Source: Mobula hypostoma
Lineage: Eukaryota
DNA: 64,000 nucleotides
Assembly (NCBI RefSeq): GCF_963921235.1
Contig: NC_086106.1
Location: 20,708,001-20,772,000, forward strand
Direction of reading: 5' to 3'
Part shown: one piece after another, positions 24,586 to 37,500 of the stretch
Layout of the letters: each line of letters begins with the position of its first letter
Numbering within the stretch: position 1 is the first letter of the stretch
The notes under the pieces: model-generated
The model's input: the letters and a program-made list of their open reading frames with translations, nothing else
What the model was told of the DNA's origin: nothing
Databases searched by the model: none
Program-made: the position numbers and the translations under genes

Positions 24586-26013
24586 TATCACAATGACTGG
24601 GGCATAGGGAGCAAGGGTGGACCCACATGCAAGACGCATCTTGTGAGGTTGATTAAATTTAGTTTATTGTTCGATATCAGGAGAGCCAGGCAGGAGCAGG
24701 AGTAGCGAACTGGACAAGGACTAGGCTGGGAGCAAGGGTCTGGGCTAGGACTCGGAATCGGCTCCCAGAACTAGAGGACACATGAAGAGGTTAGGGTATG
24801 GACTCCAAGCCCGAGACTGGGCAAGGACCCAGTACCTGGGTATTGCCTCGGGCTCGGACCCCAGAGCCAGGCATGGACATGATATGGGCTAGGAGAGGAA
24901 GAACGTGGGAACACAGAGCCTTGCTGTCGGGGAGCAGGTACATGGAACCATGGACACATACACAGAACACAGAGTTGGGACCCCTCCTTGGGTACAGGTC
25001 ATAGGGCCGGGACTCGCACACAGAACAGACAGCTGGGACACCGCCTTGGGTACAGGACATAGGGCCGGGACTTATGAACCCCCGCGGGGCAAAGGGAAGA
25101 CGGCCTGACTTACCCCACCGAGGCGAGGACAAGACAAGACATGACATGATCCCCCGCGGGGCAACGGCAAGACGGCCTGACTTACCCCATGGAGGCGACG
25201 ACAAGATAAGAGAATACATGACTCCCCGCGGGGCAACGGCAAGACAGCCTGACTTATCCCACGGAGGCGAGGACTAGACAAGACAAGACAGAGACGAATG
25301 AACACCAGACAGTACCTATTAAGCTCCGGTGATGGAACTAGACCGAAGTGCAGGCGGGGGCTGCAGACGAGTGCGAGAGGCGAAGGGGGCAGAAAAGGGA
25401 TTCAGACAAGGGGGTAGGGCAGAAATCACAGACCGCTAGGGCCAGGACTTGACTCAGAACTGGGAAGCCGCCAAGACCAGGACTTGACTTGTTGCTAGAA
25501 TGCCGCTAGGAGCAGGACTTGGCTTGCTGCTTGAATGCCGCCAGGGAAGGACTGGACTTAGTGCTTGAATGCCGCCAGTGCCAGGACATGGTACTTGGAA
25601 CCTCCGGGTAGTGCGAGCTCTCGACTCCATCCGGGAACAGTAGATAGCGGTTCTTGATTCCCTCCAGTGGGTTAACTGACGGACCCACCTTGATGAGGAA
25701 ACTTTGCAGGCTCGCTTCGGCGAGGTAACTGGACTAGTTTGCTCCGGTGAGGAAGGGCGAAATACCGGCAATCGCTTCGTCAGAGACTAGGCTTGCTCCG
25801 GCAGATGACATCGGCACACCGTACCTTTTAATGACTTTGCAGACGCTCCCGCCCCGAGCGGCTGAAAGCCGGAGACTATAAACTACCGGTTCAGCAGAGT
25901 GTTAATTGCCTCTAATCACCAAAGTTGAGGGACACGGGAAAACAGGGAATCAACGGTCCGGATCGTAACATAAACAAGCTAAATTTAAACGGACGCCGAT
26001 CCGGGCCATGACA
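24586..26013. mobile_element. Solo-LTR-like insertion with 5-bp TSD (gggac/gcgac) and internal repeats of about 60 bp
   Basis: Ends tatcac.../...catgaca. Same family as 30015-31336 and 54250-55739. The empty site gggac-tgacac is at about 62506 in the paralog. Confidence 0.8.
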
Positions 26014-26546
26014 GCGACTGATACCACCTGTACCCTGGGGATATTAAACCTCCAACTATTCCTTCACCTTATGTCTTAATCCCATTACCTTCAATGTGAA
26101 GTCTGCCGACAGCAAACCTTCATTCCAAAATTTTGGCACTGAACAAATCCATTGTTATCACTGACAGGACAAGTTCAACTACGCTGAAACTCCCAGTCCC
26201 TGAACGTGGCTTCAGTTACCGTTGAGTATCAGAAGTCAGACATGAACTAATAATGACCTCAGTCAGCACAATCAGCTGCTGTCAAGGCACGGTTTGGTGA
26301 CGTAATCCGACATGTTCCCCTGCAGTCTGTTCCCTGTCTATGGACGGTTCACTAGTGGAATGGGGTAACCGTATATTGTTATTAGGTACAGTCTGGCTCT
26401 TAGAGAAACCTGCCTTTTCGGGGAGATTTGTGTACTTACTTTAAGTATCTCACTGATGTCAAGTGAATCATTGAATACGCCAAAACCGTAAATTCGTAAA
26501 ATAATAAAAAAAAAGAACGAGAATGGAACTCAGAAGCTGGTTTCAC

Positions 26547-26633
26547 TTGGAGTCACTGTCAACGAGCTTTATTCGCCCTAGTAAGCAAGATAGTCACAGT
26601 GCCCAGTGTCCCCACTCGCTCAATGCAATAATT
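26547..26633 (-). pseudogene. IGHJ: IgH J pseudogene with 23-RSS (J 26547-26594)
   Basis: Minus strand: aattattgc-23-CACTGTG, then YLAY*GE*SSLTVTP and |gtgaaa. Matches the YFDYWGxGTxVTVTS pattern with W>TAG and G>TAA. Confidence 0.8.
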
Positions 26634-27639
26634 TAGTTTGTGACACCCCTCTTTACTGGGTGTTTCCAGAGATGCGCTCGTTAATCCCTCGCTATTAGCC
26701 ATCCGACTCAGTGATGACAAAAAACACCTTACTCGGACTTCTTACTTCGAGGGTGGATATGACCTGGGTCCCATCAGACATGGGAATTTGGGATGTATCG
26801 CCCACCCAAATCCTGATTTGTTTGAATAGGGTGTAAATTAGTGCCGAAAAGCAAATACTCGTCGGCAAGAAATTGCAGACTGTATACGGCCTACAATTAT
26901 AAAGAAAGTATATTTCCAATTGTCAGCTTTATGGAACAGTTCGTTGGAAAAAATTAAACAAAAAGGAGGCCACTACTATGAATCCAATCCAAATGTGCAT
27001 ATAAATTGAACCTCATCTTGAAGTTGTCTTTAACTGCCGCGTTGGACTCACGGTCTGCGTGAAGGCACACATCAACATCCTAAAGTCACTCTAAATCCAC
27101 CTCGAACAAAGGGACTCTTACACGGGAGTATAGATCCTTCCTCCTTGAACCCATTTTTTTGCACCAAACATCTGTGCAACACAGACGGCATCATCAGCCA
27201 TCTTCCTTCCTGTCTTCTGCCAGCTCCCAGCAAAAAGACTTCGACCAACATCAGTGTACGTCACAAAAGCTTCTCCGCCCATGTTTTCAAGAACCTTCTC
27301 CCAAATCCACGAAGATGACTGGCTGACACAACACTCCTAAGTTAAACAACAAAGTTCCTTACCTTTAGCTCAATCTCAAATATGCTGATAGCAGAACAGA
27401 CTGCTCTTACAAAACTGCTAATAGAAATACCTACAGCATAGCAGTAAAAATCATAACCGGGGCGTGGCAGATGCCAGTAACATCTAATTAACTCAGTATC
27501 GGTCAGCATGACCCCTGTCCGGAAGTGGATCGGCCGCTCCGATTGCAATCCCAAACTCAGACCTTGGGTCTTCCTGTCATTTTCAGATATTTCCGTCTGT
27601 GGACATATGCTCCGACATACTCCAGAGACAGAGCAGAAT

Positions 27640-27960
27640 CCTTTCGGAAATTTTCTCGCTCCAAAATAGACGTTTACCTTTGCAATCCGAATCAGGTTTC
27701 ATGGAGATGACTGTGGAAAGCAGCAAAGCGATTTCGTGGATGCAGACTGGGCCGCAGACCCTGATTTGTCAGGAACAGCTTCTGGTCATCTCCTTACCGC
27801 CATGGTTCATATCACGGTACTTCACCGAAGATCACAAACTGCCTTCATTACATCGAACCACAAATCAGGTGGATCTCAAAGACGGCCAACCGGCTCATTA
27901 ACCTTCCCTCTCTTTGTGGGTGTTTCACACAGTAGGACTCAATCTCCGCCATCCCAGTGT
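27640..27960 (-). pseudogene. Highly degenerate VH pseudogene
   Basis: Nucleotide paralog of the VH pseudogene at 63737-64000. The 3' end reads NLIRIAKVNVYFGAR (cf. ..EDTAVYFCAR). It lies about 1 kb upstream of JH 26547. Confidence 0.45.
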
Positions 27961-28366
27961 GAAGTGGAGAGGATAGAATCCAACAAGACTTTTCACTGAG
28001 CTTCCACTGACAGCTAATCCTCGGTGTTCCGTTCCCATCCAAAGACATCTCCATTGGAACTTAGACCCACTCCCAGATTATCTTCTCGGGATCTGATTTA
28101 TATCCATGTCTTCCAGGGTAAAGGTTGGTGGAAACGCTCGAAGAGCCCAATATAAAGAGCTTGTAGCAGTAGACATGTGCATGGAGCGAGCCGCCATCTT
28201 TTTCACTGTATCACCCATTACAATAGCCACTGTGATGTACAGACATATGATAAACTCCGCCCCTCTCACTATCCCAAGCACAGTTACTCCACAGTCAAAC
28301 TGTATTAGATCACCAAAATGTCCTTGATCATAATTGTTTCTCATAGCCAGTCCATTTACTGTCACA

Positions 28367-28600
28367 GATAGACTAAAAGTCCACACTTTGACCAGATTGA
28401 CCTGTGACCAAATTTGCACTCACGCCGCTTCCATCTGAGCTGATATCAGAAGCGCGTGGTGTCCAAGGCAAATTTAAGATTTCCAAGAACAGCAGCACCG
28501 CTCATCCGCAAATGAATAACCTGATACTGGACGACACTACCAACTATTACTGTGCGAGAGACAGATTGAGAGAGATCGCAAATGGACCGGAACAAACACT
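28367..28600 (+). pseudogene. IGHV: Internally deleted VH pseudogene on the + strand with 23-RSS
   Basis: TRLTC near 28400, then GVQGKFKISKNSSTAHPQMNNLILDDTTNYYCAR (28458-28559), then cagattg-23 nt-acaaacact. The spacer starts agagaga as in the 7421-7459 RSS. Confidence 0.75.
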
Positions 28601-28759
28601 CAGAGAGAGCGTCTGCACTTAGGGGGCTGAGGAAAAGCTCAACAGTGATCGCTACAGCTGCATTCCAGTCTATCTGAGCACTTCGATCTTTCATGCAATG
28701 GAAGGCGGATTGACAACGGAGAATCCTGAGAAGAGATGCTGCATGAATGGACGGAATAG

Positions 28760-29990
28760 TTCACCGGATCACACTATGTATAAACGCCAAATAGGAAGAA
28801 ACATTCTAAAAGGCTAACAAGAGGTCAAAACCAACAAAAAAGCCAAAGAGTGGCTATAGCATCAAGTAAACAGTCGTGGGAATTTAGCAACTTGGTAGAT
28901 TGGGAAGATTTTAAATACCAAGAGAAGGCAACTCAAATGTCATGAAGAATTTAAAGATGGAAAACGAAATTTGGATAGCCAATAATATTAGTGAGGATAG
29001 CAAAAGTTTATTCTGGTTCATAACGGGTATTAGAGATGAGATAAAGGATAGCAGACCACTGGTAAAAGATTCTAGAGAGGTAGTAATGGGAGACAAGGGA
29101 ATAGTGGACAAACTGAATAGGTATTTTGCATCAATCCTGATTGTGTAATACACTGGCAGTATGGTGGAAATTCTAGGGGTCAATGATCATTGAAATCTCT
29201 GGTTCCCGTTGAAACGGAGATGGTTATTGAGAAACTGAAAGTTCTGAAGATGGCTAGCTTATTTGGACTAGATGGTGTGCACTCCAGCGTCCTGAAAGAG
29301 TGGCTTAGAGAATGTGGAGGCATTAGAAATGATCTTTTAAACATCACTGGATTCTGGAATGGTTGCAGAAGACAGGAAAATTGAAAGTTTGTTGGGAACA
29401 TGTTGGAGCCGATTGTTAAGGGTGTTATTTCCGGATACTTGGAAGCACATGATAAAGTAGCCTGTAGGTCGTTAGTGTAGTTTCGACAAGGGAAAGCCTT
29501 CTTCACCCCCGACTCAACCTGCAAGTTAACCTTTCTGCTGCTGCGCAACAAGGACTCCCAAGTCCCTTTGCATCGCACATTTCTGTGTTTTCTCCCTATT
29601 TCGAAAATGGTCTGCACATTTATTTCTACTTGAAAAATGCACGACCATGTATTTTCCAGAATTATATTTCATTTGTCTCTCTCTTGCCCGTTCTCTAAAT
29701 ATATCTAAGTTCTTTTGAGGTCTACCTGTTCCCTCAACTCTGCCTGCCCCACCATCATCTTCCTATCGTCTGCAAACCTGGAAGTAAAGACATCTAAATC
29801 ATTCATAAACAACATAAAACCTGCCTGACTAACCTTAATAGGCACTCGCCATTTTACTACATCAAATCGTGGGGAAAGTTACAGTAAATCATTCTTGTTT
29901 AAAGCCATCAGGCGCTTACTGAGCCAACAGGCTTCCATCAGTGCTATAAACTTTCACCGATCCTATGATTGCTTTTCTTCAGGATAACAT
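28760..29990. mobile_element. CR1 LINE fragments on both strands
   Basis: ORFs 28942-29148 and 29190-29384 (GLDGVHSSVLKE) on +; RT C-terminal remnants on -. Confidence 0.8.
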
Positions 29991-30014
29991 TTATTGGAGT
30001 GCAGAGTAGTGCAG

Positions 30015-31336
30015 TGTCATAATGGGGGTGCTGGGAGCGGACCTAAATGCAAGATACAGACACTGAAGTACTAGGAACAGGACTAGGCGTGACAAGTTAG
30101 TAAGGGGAGAGGGGAACAAAGGACACTGGAGATGACACAGGCGCTGGTCGGGACAAGGATTCAGAGCCTGGGCTAGAACTTGACTTGGATAGCGGAACCA
30201 GGACATGGAACATGGAAGTAGGAAACTGGGCTTGGACACCGTGCCAGAGACTGGACAAGGACCTCGAACCTGGGTCTTGACTCGGGCTCGGACCCCGGAA
30301 CTAGGCGAGGACATGACGTGGCTACATGACTGGACAAGGTTTCGGTTTGTTCGAGGCTTGGGTATGGACTCCGAGCCAGAGACAGGACAAGGTCCCAGAA
30401 TCTGCGACTTGACTCGTGATCGGACTACTGAACCAGGCGAGGACAAGACGTGGCTACAGGACGAGAAGAGGCGACAGGACTGGAAGTGAGACTCCTGGAT
30501 GGCAAAGGGAACTCCCTCCTGGGCTGGGCGATACACATTGACAAGCCGAGAACACAAAGCAATGGCTTGGACAGGGTAAGGTTTTTGGATCGTGGCTGAG
30601 ACTGGACGAGACCCCGAAGCCTTTACTTTGCCGAGGGAGAGACAGGGAAGTAGAGCCTTGGTCAAGGGAGAGACAGGAACATGGAAAATAGAGCAGGGAC
30701 CCCTCCTGGAAGCAGGACGTAGGGCCGAGACTCATACATAGAACACAGAGCCGGGACCCCTCCGTGGGCTCAGGACGTAGTGCCGGGACTCATTACACAG
30801 AATGCAGAATACGACGAGACGGTTCCCAACACTTGGTAGCGGCAAACGGTCGGACGTCCCGAGTGAACGCGTTGACACAGAGACAGTTCAAAACAACTAT
30901 AGACAGTTCCTTATCTTGCTCCGGCGATGGAACTTGACAGCAGTGCAGGCGAGGGTTACAGGCGAGGCAAGGCTTTAGACAAGGCAAAGCGAGGAAAGGC
31001 TTCAGAGAAGGCAAGGCGAGTAAAGGCTTCAGACGAGGCAAGTCGAGGCAAGACTTCAGACGAGGCAAGGCGAGGTAAGGATTCAGACGAGGCAAGGCGA
31101 GGCAAGACTTCAGACGAGGCAACAGAAGGAAGGGGAGGGGAAGGGATTCAGACAGGGGGTTTGGACAAAAAAAAAAATCCAGCAGTCAGAGGCTGAATCC
31201 TGAAGCTATTTATGAAGGTAGCCCAAACGGGAATCAGCTGCCTCAACAGAAACTGGGGAAAACAGGAATACCTGGAATAAGGAACATTGACCGGTTCGTG
31301 AACCAGAATGCGGATTTCACGGACCGGATCATGGCA
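30015..31336. mobile_element. Solo-LTR-like insertion with 5-bp TSD (tgcag/tgccg) and internal repeats of about 30 bp
   Basis: tgtcat...catggca ends. Tandem units of gaggcaaggcgagg(c/t)aag(a/g)cttcagac at about 30950-31125. Confidence 0.8.
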
Positions 31337-31914
31337 TGCCGGTTATGAGGTTCTTATCCCAGAATTTCGTTCAAGACCTCGTGAAAGGTAAGTATCCCTA
31401 TAGATGAAAGCTATGTGTCGCCGAATGCAGAGGGTATGCTTAAGAGCGATTATTTCATTTTCCATTCTCATGTGCTGAAATCAATATGTTCAATTGCGCG
31501 GCAAAGTCAAACTGGGACCACGATAGGTCAGAATTTAGTGGTCAAACCGGGTAAGATTGCAAAAGCACACGAGAGTGCTGAAAACACGGTGTATATGCAA
31601 TTATACAATTGTCGACATTATCAGGACCAATATTGAGAAGCACGTGTAGAGTCAGGAACGGTGTCACAAGCAGCTAATATTTCTACAGGCTCATGTTTAC
31701 ACAAGGTCATTTAGAAGTTGGAAGTTGGAAGATGGACAATGAGTAAACAGTCACCTTGGAATCCAGAGATAGGAAATGCATCGGCGAGTGAATCTGGAAT
31801 TACCTGGAGTAGAGAAGAAAATTTCACCTGTTGCCAAAAGTAGAGGGATTTAACTACATGGACAGTTTGAAAGGCTGGATTTATTTTCACTGGAGCATCA
31901 AAGGTCAAATCAAA

Positions 31915-33860
31915 TGTAAGGGGTTTCTTCTTTTATGTTACTGCGTAGGTTAATTAAAATGGCTTCTTTGTTATGTTAACTGCTGAAGAACTTCTCTCCC
32001 TAGAAGCTTGTTTGGGTGTCATTTGGGTAATATTATAGATAAGAGAGAGAACAAACCAATTGGGATAAATGTTATTGTTTCCAGTGTGTCAGTAATTTAT
32101 TGCGATGCGCGGGTTTTTGGGGAAAAGTCGTGATGGACAGAGAAGGAATTAAAACTTTCTTTGGACGAGTATCAGGTCAGGAGAAAAAGGCAGTTCGGGA
32201 AAAGTGACCGAAGCGAAGTGTAAAATGTGGAGTAGTTTTTGGCCGGCGGAATTTTGTACAATCTGAGAAAAATTACCCGATGTACCAGGTGAACTTCCTG
32301 GTGTTGAAACAAACGGTGGTGGACCTGGGTATGGAAACTCAGGTCGTCAAACGGAATTCCGAGCCGACACTGCCGTCATGTACTGAGGAATTTATCCAAA
32401 GACACGGAACAATGACCCACCTTAGAAAGAATCAGCAGAAACTCAAGACATCGATCCAGAAAAGATTGGAAGACTTAGAAGTTGGGAAGACCAAGGAAGT
32501 TGTCTGACTAAGTCCAACAGAAAGCCGAGAGCCCAGAGAGAGGTGTTTGACTACACTTCCGAGGAGATGAAGCAATTGAGGATAGATCTGGGAAAAGGGA
32601 AGCCGACACTTGAAAGGAACCTGAAGATGACTATCGACAACTTAAGTGAAGTGGAGGAGTCCAAGAAGAAGCTGACGTCTCGACTACAGGAGGCTGAAGA
32701 GACTGCTGAGGCAGCCCCGGCTAAATGCTTCAGTTTGGAGAAACTCAAACAGCAGCTGCCGATCGAGGGAATGAGGAAGAATACGGATTCGAAGGATGAT
32801 GTGCTGGGCTTGTGGGCACGCCCACGTCTCGCACGCTTCCTCCCCTTTTGGGGTGTATAATATCCCAAAATACAGGCCGAGCCTGGCAGAGCTGGAACAG
32901 TTCTTCGCAGACACGACCTGCGAATCAGACCCCACTTTCCTCTCACTCCCAACAGTACGGACAGCCCCGAGTCCCTCCAGCAACTCGTCAGCGCTAGTCT
33001 GAACTCGAACAAAGACTTCACCCAACAGGCATGTTGCAATAACCAGCAAATAACCCACAGAGACACACATTACTGATTTAATAGAGCAACCACGCAACAC
33101 AGCACTGAATCCAATCCCGGACAAAAGCCCCAAAATGTAGCCCCCCCCCTGGCAAGCCTCAGGGTCGCTGAACTCGCTGTCGTCTAGGGAAATAGCTCTC
33201 GTCCCGTCAAACTGGGTTATTCAGTTTCCGTGGATGCTGTGTGATGTACCCCACCGCGCCAAATAACAGACAATACACAATATACGATTAAATGAATTAC
33301 AATTTATAGATATCACTGGAACTATATTATTAATAGAGGTAAAATATAAAAGGAAAATAAAGCGCATCGCACTTATCAAAGTTCAGTCTCTTCGTGCACA
33401 AACAGTTGGAACTCTAGTAACGATCCTCTCTTCACCATTCGATCCCCTCTGACCACCTCGACCTGCAGCCTGGGACCAACCACGGTGGTCAACCAGAAGT
33501 TCCACACGAGTCTGCCTCCGTCTCCACTTTCCTCGACTAAGACACTAGACCTCGGACACCTGCTCCGCGTTCGACCCCGTCAGCAAGCTCACAGCACCTT
33601 GTCCATTCTCTCTCTGTCCATCGCTTCTTCTCCCGAAAAACCCGCGCATCACAATAACTTACAGACACTCTAGAAATAATAACATCTATTTCACTTGGTT
33701 TGTTCGTACTCTTATCAATAATATAGCCCAAACAACACCCAGACAAGCTGCTAGCGAGAGAACTGTCTCAACAATTAACATAACAGTAACTATAACATAA
33801 CAAATATGGCATTTTAATGAGCCTCGCCGTAACGTTAAAGAAGAAATCCTTTATACGCTT
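31915..33860. mobile_element. Two related LTR sequences in inverted orientation; the minus copy is followed by a tRNA-Pro-like PBS
   Basis: 31915 tgtaaggggtttcttc... is the diverged reverse complement of about 33640-33860. The minus LTR ends ...ggggctaca at about 33139 and is followed by tggggcttttgtccgggat (cf. PBS-Pro TGGGGGCTCGTCCGGGAT). Confidence 0.7.
32560..32820 (+). pseudogene. Myosin heavy-chain rod-like fragment, copy 1
   Basis: EESKKKLTSRLQEAEETAEAAPAKCFSLEKLKQQL closely resembles sarcomeric MYH rod sequence ([35 protein letters not shown]). Confidence 0.7.
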
Positions 33861-34289
33861 CACGCTTCCCTCATCAAATAAAAGTATGTCCTCATGACTT
33901 CCAAATAACTCGTCAACCAGCCCTGCAGACTAAAAAAAAAAATCCAGGTACACACAGTGACATTGCTCCCCAAGCAATGGACCTTACGCCGGTCCCATGG
34001 GCCCTACAGAGGTCAGCCTATCTGGGAGATTCCTAATCCACCGAGACCTCCGTCCGCAGCCCCTCACCTAAACCCTTAAGGCTCGGACACTACGGGGGTT
34101 ACGCGGGTCAGAATGCCAAATCCCCTCTCAATCCCTCACTCATGACTCCACTGCAACTCGGAGCTCCCTGTCCCGTGTTTCAGGGCCCTTCTTTTCCTTC
34201 CTGGTCCTGCTGTAACCCAGGCTGCCCACGGCTAGCCCTCCCCGATACACCTGAGGGCTCTTCCTCAATCACGTGAAGTTAGCGAAAGG

Positions 34290-34547
34290 CAGCATATACC
34301 ACAAGCCCAGCACATCATCCTTTGAATCCGTATTCTTCCTCATTCCCTCGATCGTCAACTGCTGTTTGTGTTTCTCCAAATTAAAGCATTTAGCCGGTGT
34401 TTCCTCTGCAGTCTATTCAGCCTCCTTCAGTAGAGACGTCAGCTTCTTCTTGGACTCCTCCATTTCATTTAAACTGTCGGTAGTCATCTGCTGGTTCCTT
34501 TCAAACGTCCGTCTCCCTTTTCCCAGATCTGTCCTCAATTGTATCAC
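34290..34547 (-). pseudogene. Myosin heavy-chain rod-like fragment, copy 2 (inverted, with a stop)
   Basis: Reverse complement of 32575-32820, including gaggagtccaagaagaagctgacgtctc. It is cut at 34548 by the Gypsy LTR. Confidence 0.7.
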
Positions 34548-37500
34548 TGTTAAGGATCTGGCCTGAACACTGGTTCGAAGGGCCTCTGCTGGTAGCTCTG
34601 GATCGCGACAGTCTTTAATTTCTGTTTTCTTTCACCTGGCCATGTGGGTTCTGGCCCAAACCCTTTCGTTTTTTTAAACTTCCTCCAATTACCTGCTTGT
34701 CTCCTCATTTGCACCCACCTGTTTCTAATTTTCACTCATCGCCCTGTACATTTAAACCCTGCCTTGACGAGCATAGTCTGCCATTTCGTCCCAGTTCTGA
34801 CATGTGTCGTTCTAGCCTGTCATTACGACTTCTGCCAATCGATTTTGCCTCATTCTGTGTTTTGGATTTTGCCCGTTCTTGGACCTGATTTTTGCATCTG
34901 CGCTCTGGATTGTCTGCCCTCGCCTGACGAGCTGTCCTGGTAAGATCTCTGCCTGCCATTTCGGATTTGTGCCTGCCTTCCGTTTTTGAAAGACTGTTGC
35001 CCTTGTGCTCCCTAATAAATCCTGGTGAAAATGTAGTCATTGATCTGCACTTGAGTTCCACCGATACTCGACAGAACGAACTGGACAAGATAGACTGAGC
35101 GGACCCCAGCCAGGTGCGTGAGGCCCTCTCCCGACAGGGAGCATTGTTAGGGAGACATGAAACGGAGTTTGCCTCTATTAACCAGTCAATGGAAACCTTC
35201 TCCACCACTCTGACCAGCATGGCCTCCCAGCTACAGCAGTTTCAGCTGGCGCTGAGCTCTCACCGGCCTTCCCTTGCTGCGCCATCAGCCCCACAGACTC
35301 CAACCCAACCTGCCCGAGAGCCCCTTTTACCTCCACGTGAACATTCCAATGGTGAGCATGGCTCCTGCAGATCCTTCCTGTCTCAATGATGGCTGATTTT
35401 TGAGCTGGAGCCCACTACCTTTCCCTCTGATCAATCCCGTATTGCTTATGTTATCACGCTGCTGTCAGGAAGAACAAGAGAGTGGGGTACGGCTGTGTGG
35501 GACAGCAGAGCCCCTTTTTTCCACACGTTTATGGACTTTTATGAGGAGATGAGAGGAGTCTTTCACCCTTCCATCAGGGGCAAGAGGCAACAAGGGAGAT
35601 GCTGCGAGTTCGTCGGGGTAACCGTTCTGTTTCGGACTACAACATTCAGTTCCACACAGTAGCCGCCACTACCAACTGGAATTCGGCTGCCCAATCTGCC
35701 ATGTTCCTCTGTGGGCTTAGCGAAGAGGTTAAGGATGAACTAAACACCCGCGACCTGCCTGCTGGCTTCCAAGAGCTGGTAGATTTGGCCATTAAGATTG
35801 ACAGCCGCATAAAACAGCGTCAGCAGGCGCGTTATGTCCGGGGCGTCACGAAGATCCACCAGGGGGTGTCTGGCCCCTTCCCAGCCAACACCCAGATCTC
35901 CTTCCCTGAGTCTTCAGTCACCTCCATTCAGCCCAACGGAGCTGATGCAGATTGATCGTACCCTCCTGTCTCCTTCGGAAAGAAGGAGGAGAGTCAGTGC
36001 TAACTCCTGTAGTACTGTGGTCAGGCTGGTCACTACGTATCTACCTGTCTCGTAAAAGGCCATCGCTCGCTCGTAAAGAGGGGACTACGGTGCGAGCAGT
36101 ACTTCCTTTCCCCGGTTTCCCGTCCCTCGAACCCTGCTACCAGCTTTTAAACTGGCTGAAGGGAGGAGACACACAGTTTCAGTTTTTATCTACTCTGGGG
36201 CAGAGGGAAACTTTATCAATTCCAGTTTTACGGCCAATTTCGGGATGTTACTCTCCCGTCTGAAGCAACCTCTGGAGGCCAGCGTTTTAACCGGAGTGAA
36301 ACTTGCCATGGTCACCCACTCTACAGCTCCGGCGAGTCTCCTCTTTTCTGGCAATCACCAGAAGAACATTGCTTTCCATGCAATAGATTCCCCCAAAGCT
36401 GATGTTGTGTTAGGCCACCCATGGCTTGCTCAGTTCGGTCCACACATTGATTGGTCTAATAACAGAGTGTTAAGCTGGAGTCCTTCCTGCCTAATCATTG
36501 TCTGCGTGTTGTTCATGCTACTCAAAGTCCGGTTCTTCTGCTTACAGAAGAGTTCCTGATCTGTCCTCTGTACCCCCTGAATATCTGGACCTAAAGCTGG
36601 TATTCAGCAAGACTCGGTCCACGACCTTACCCCCACACCGCCTCTATGACTGTGCTCTAGATCTCTTTCCGGGAACCTCGCCACCTAGGGGCCGGCTGTA
36701 TTCCCTGTCTCCACCTGAAAGGGAAGCGATGGACAAGTATATCCAGGAGGCCTTGGCTGCAGGAATTTTCCGTCCCTCTTCCTTCCCAGCAGGCGCAGGG
36801 TTCTTCTTTGTAGCCAAGAAGGACGGGTCCCTGCGTCCTTGCGTGGACTATAGAGGTCTCAATGAGATCACCGTTAAGAACCGCTATCCTCTTCCTCCTA
36901 TCTCATCTGCATTTGAATTGCTCCAGGGTGCCTCTATCCAAGCTCGATCTCCCAAACGCTTAACATCTGATCCGCATAAGAGAGGGGGATGAGTGGAAGA
37001 CCGCATTCAATACTCCATCTGGGCACCACGAATATTTGGTAATGTCTTTCGGGCTTTCTAATAGTCCTGCTGTGTTCCAGTCCCTGGTGAATGGTGTCCT
37101 CAGAGACATGCTACATCAATTTGTATTTGTGTACTTCGATGACATTCCGATATTTTCTACGTCCCTCTCTGAACACATCCAGCACGTCCGTCGGGTGCTC
37201 CAATGACTCCTAGAGAATCAATTGTTTGTGAAGGCGGAAAAGTGTGAATTTCAGCGGAGTTGAACTTCATTTGTGGGATATGTGATCAGCGCTGGAGGAA
37301 TCCAGATGGACCCTCAGAAGATCAAAGCTGGTGGAGGAGTGGCCACAACCCGCATCTCGACGAGATGTCCAACGCTTTCTTTGATTTGCCAACTTCTATC
37401 GCCGATGCATTCGAAATTTCAGCATCCTGGCCGCCCCGCTGACTGCTCTAACCTCCTCCAAGTCGAAGTTCGCCTGTAATCCAGCGGCTGAGAAAGCCTT

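Noticed and set aside
25070-25290. Repeats of about 60 bp that superficially resemble a CRISPR array
   Set aside because: The units are tandem with no unique spacers, they lie inside an LTR insert, the DNA is vertebrate, and there are no cas genes.
27736-27999. + strand ORF with DADWAAD, resembling Ty1/copia RNase H (DADWAGD)
   Set aside because: The paralog at 63.8 kb reads YTDCAAD, there are no other copia motifs, and the minus strand fits a VH remnant positioned correctly relative to RSS and JH.
28078-28419. 113-aa minus-strand ORF with hydrophobic stretches
   Set aside because: No recognisable family or splice structure. It overlaps the flank of the + strand VH pseudogene and is probably a chance ORF.
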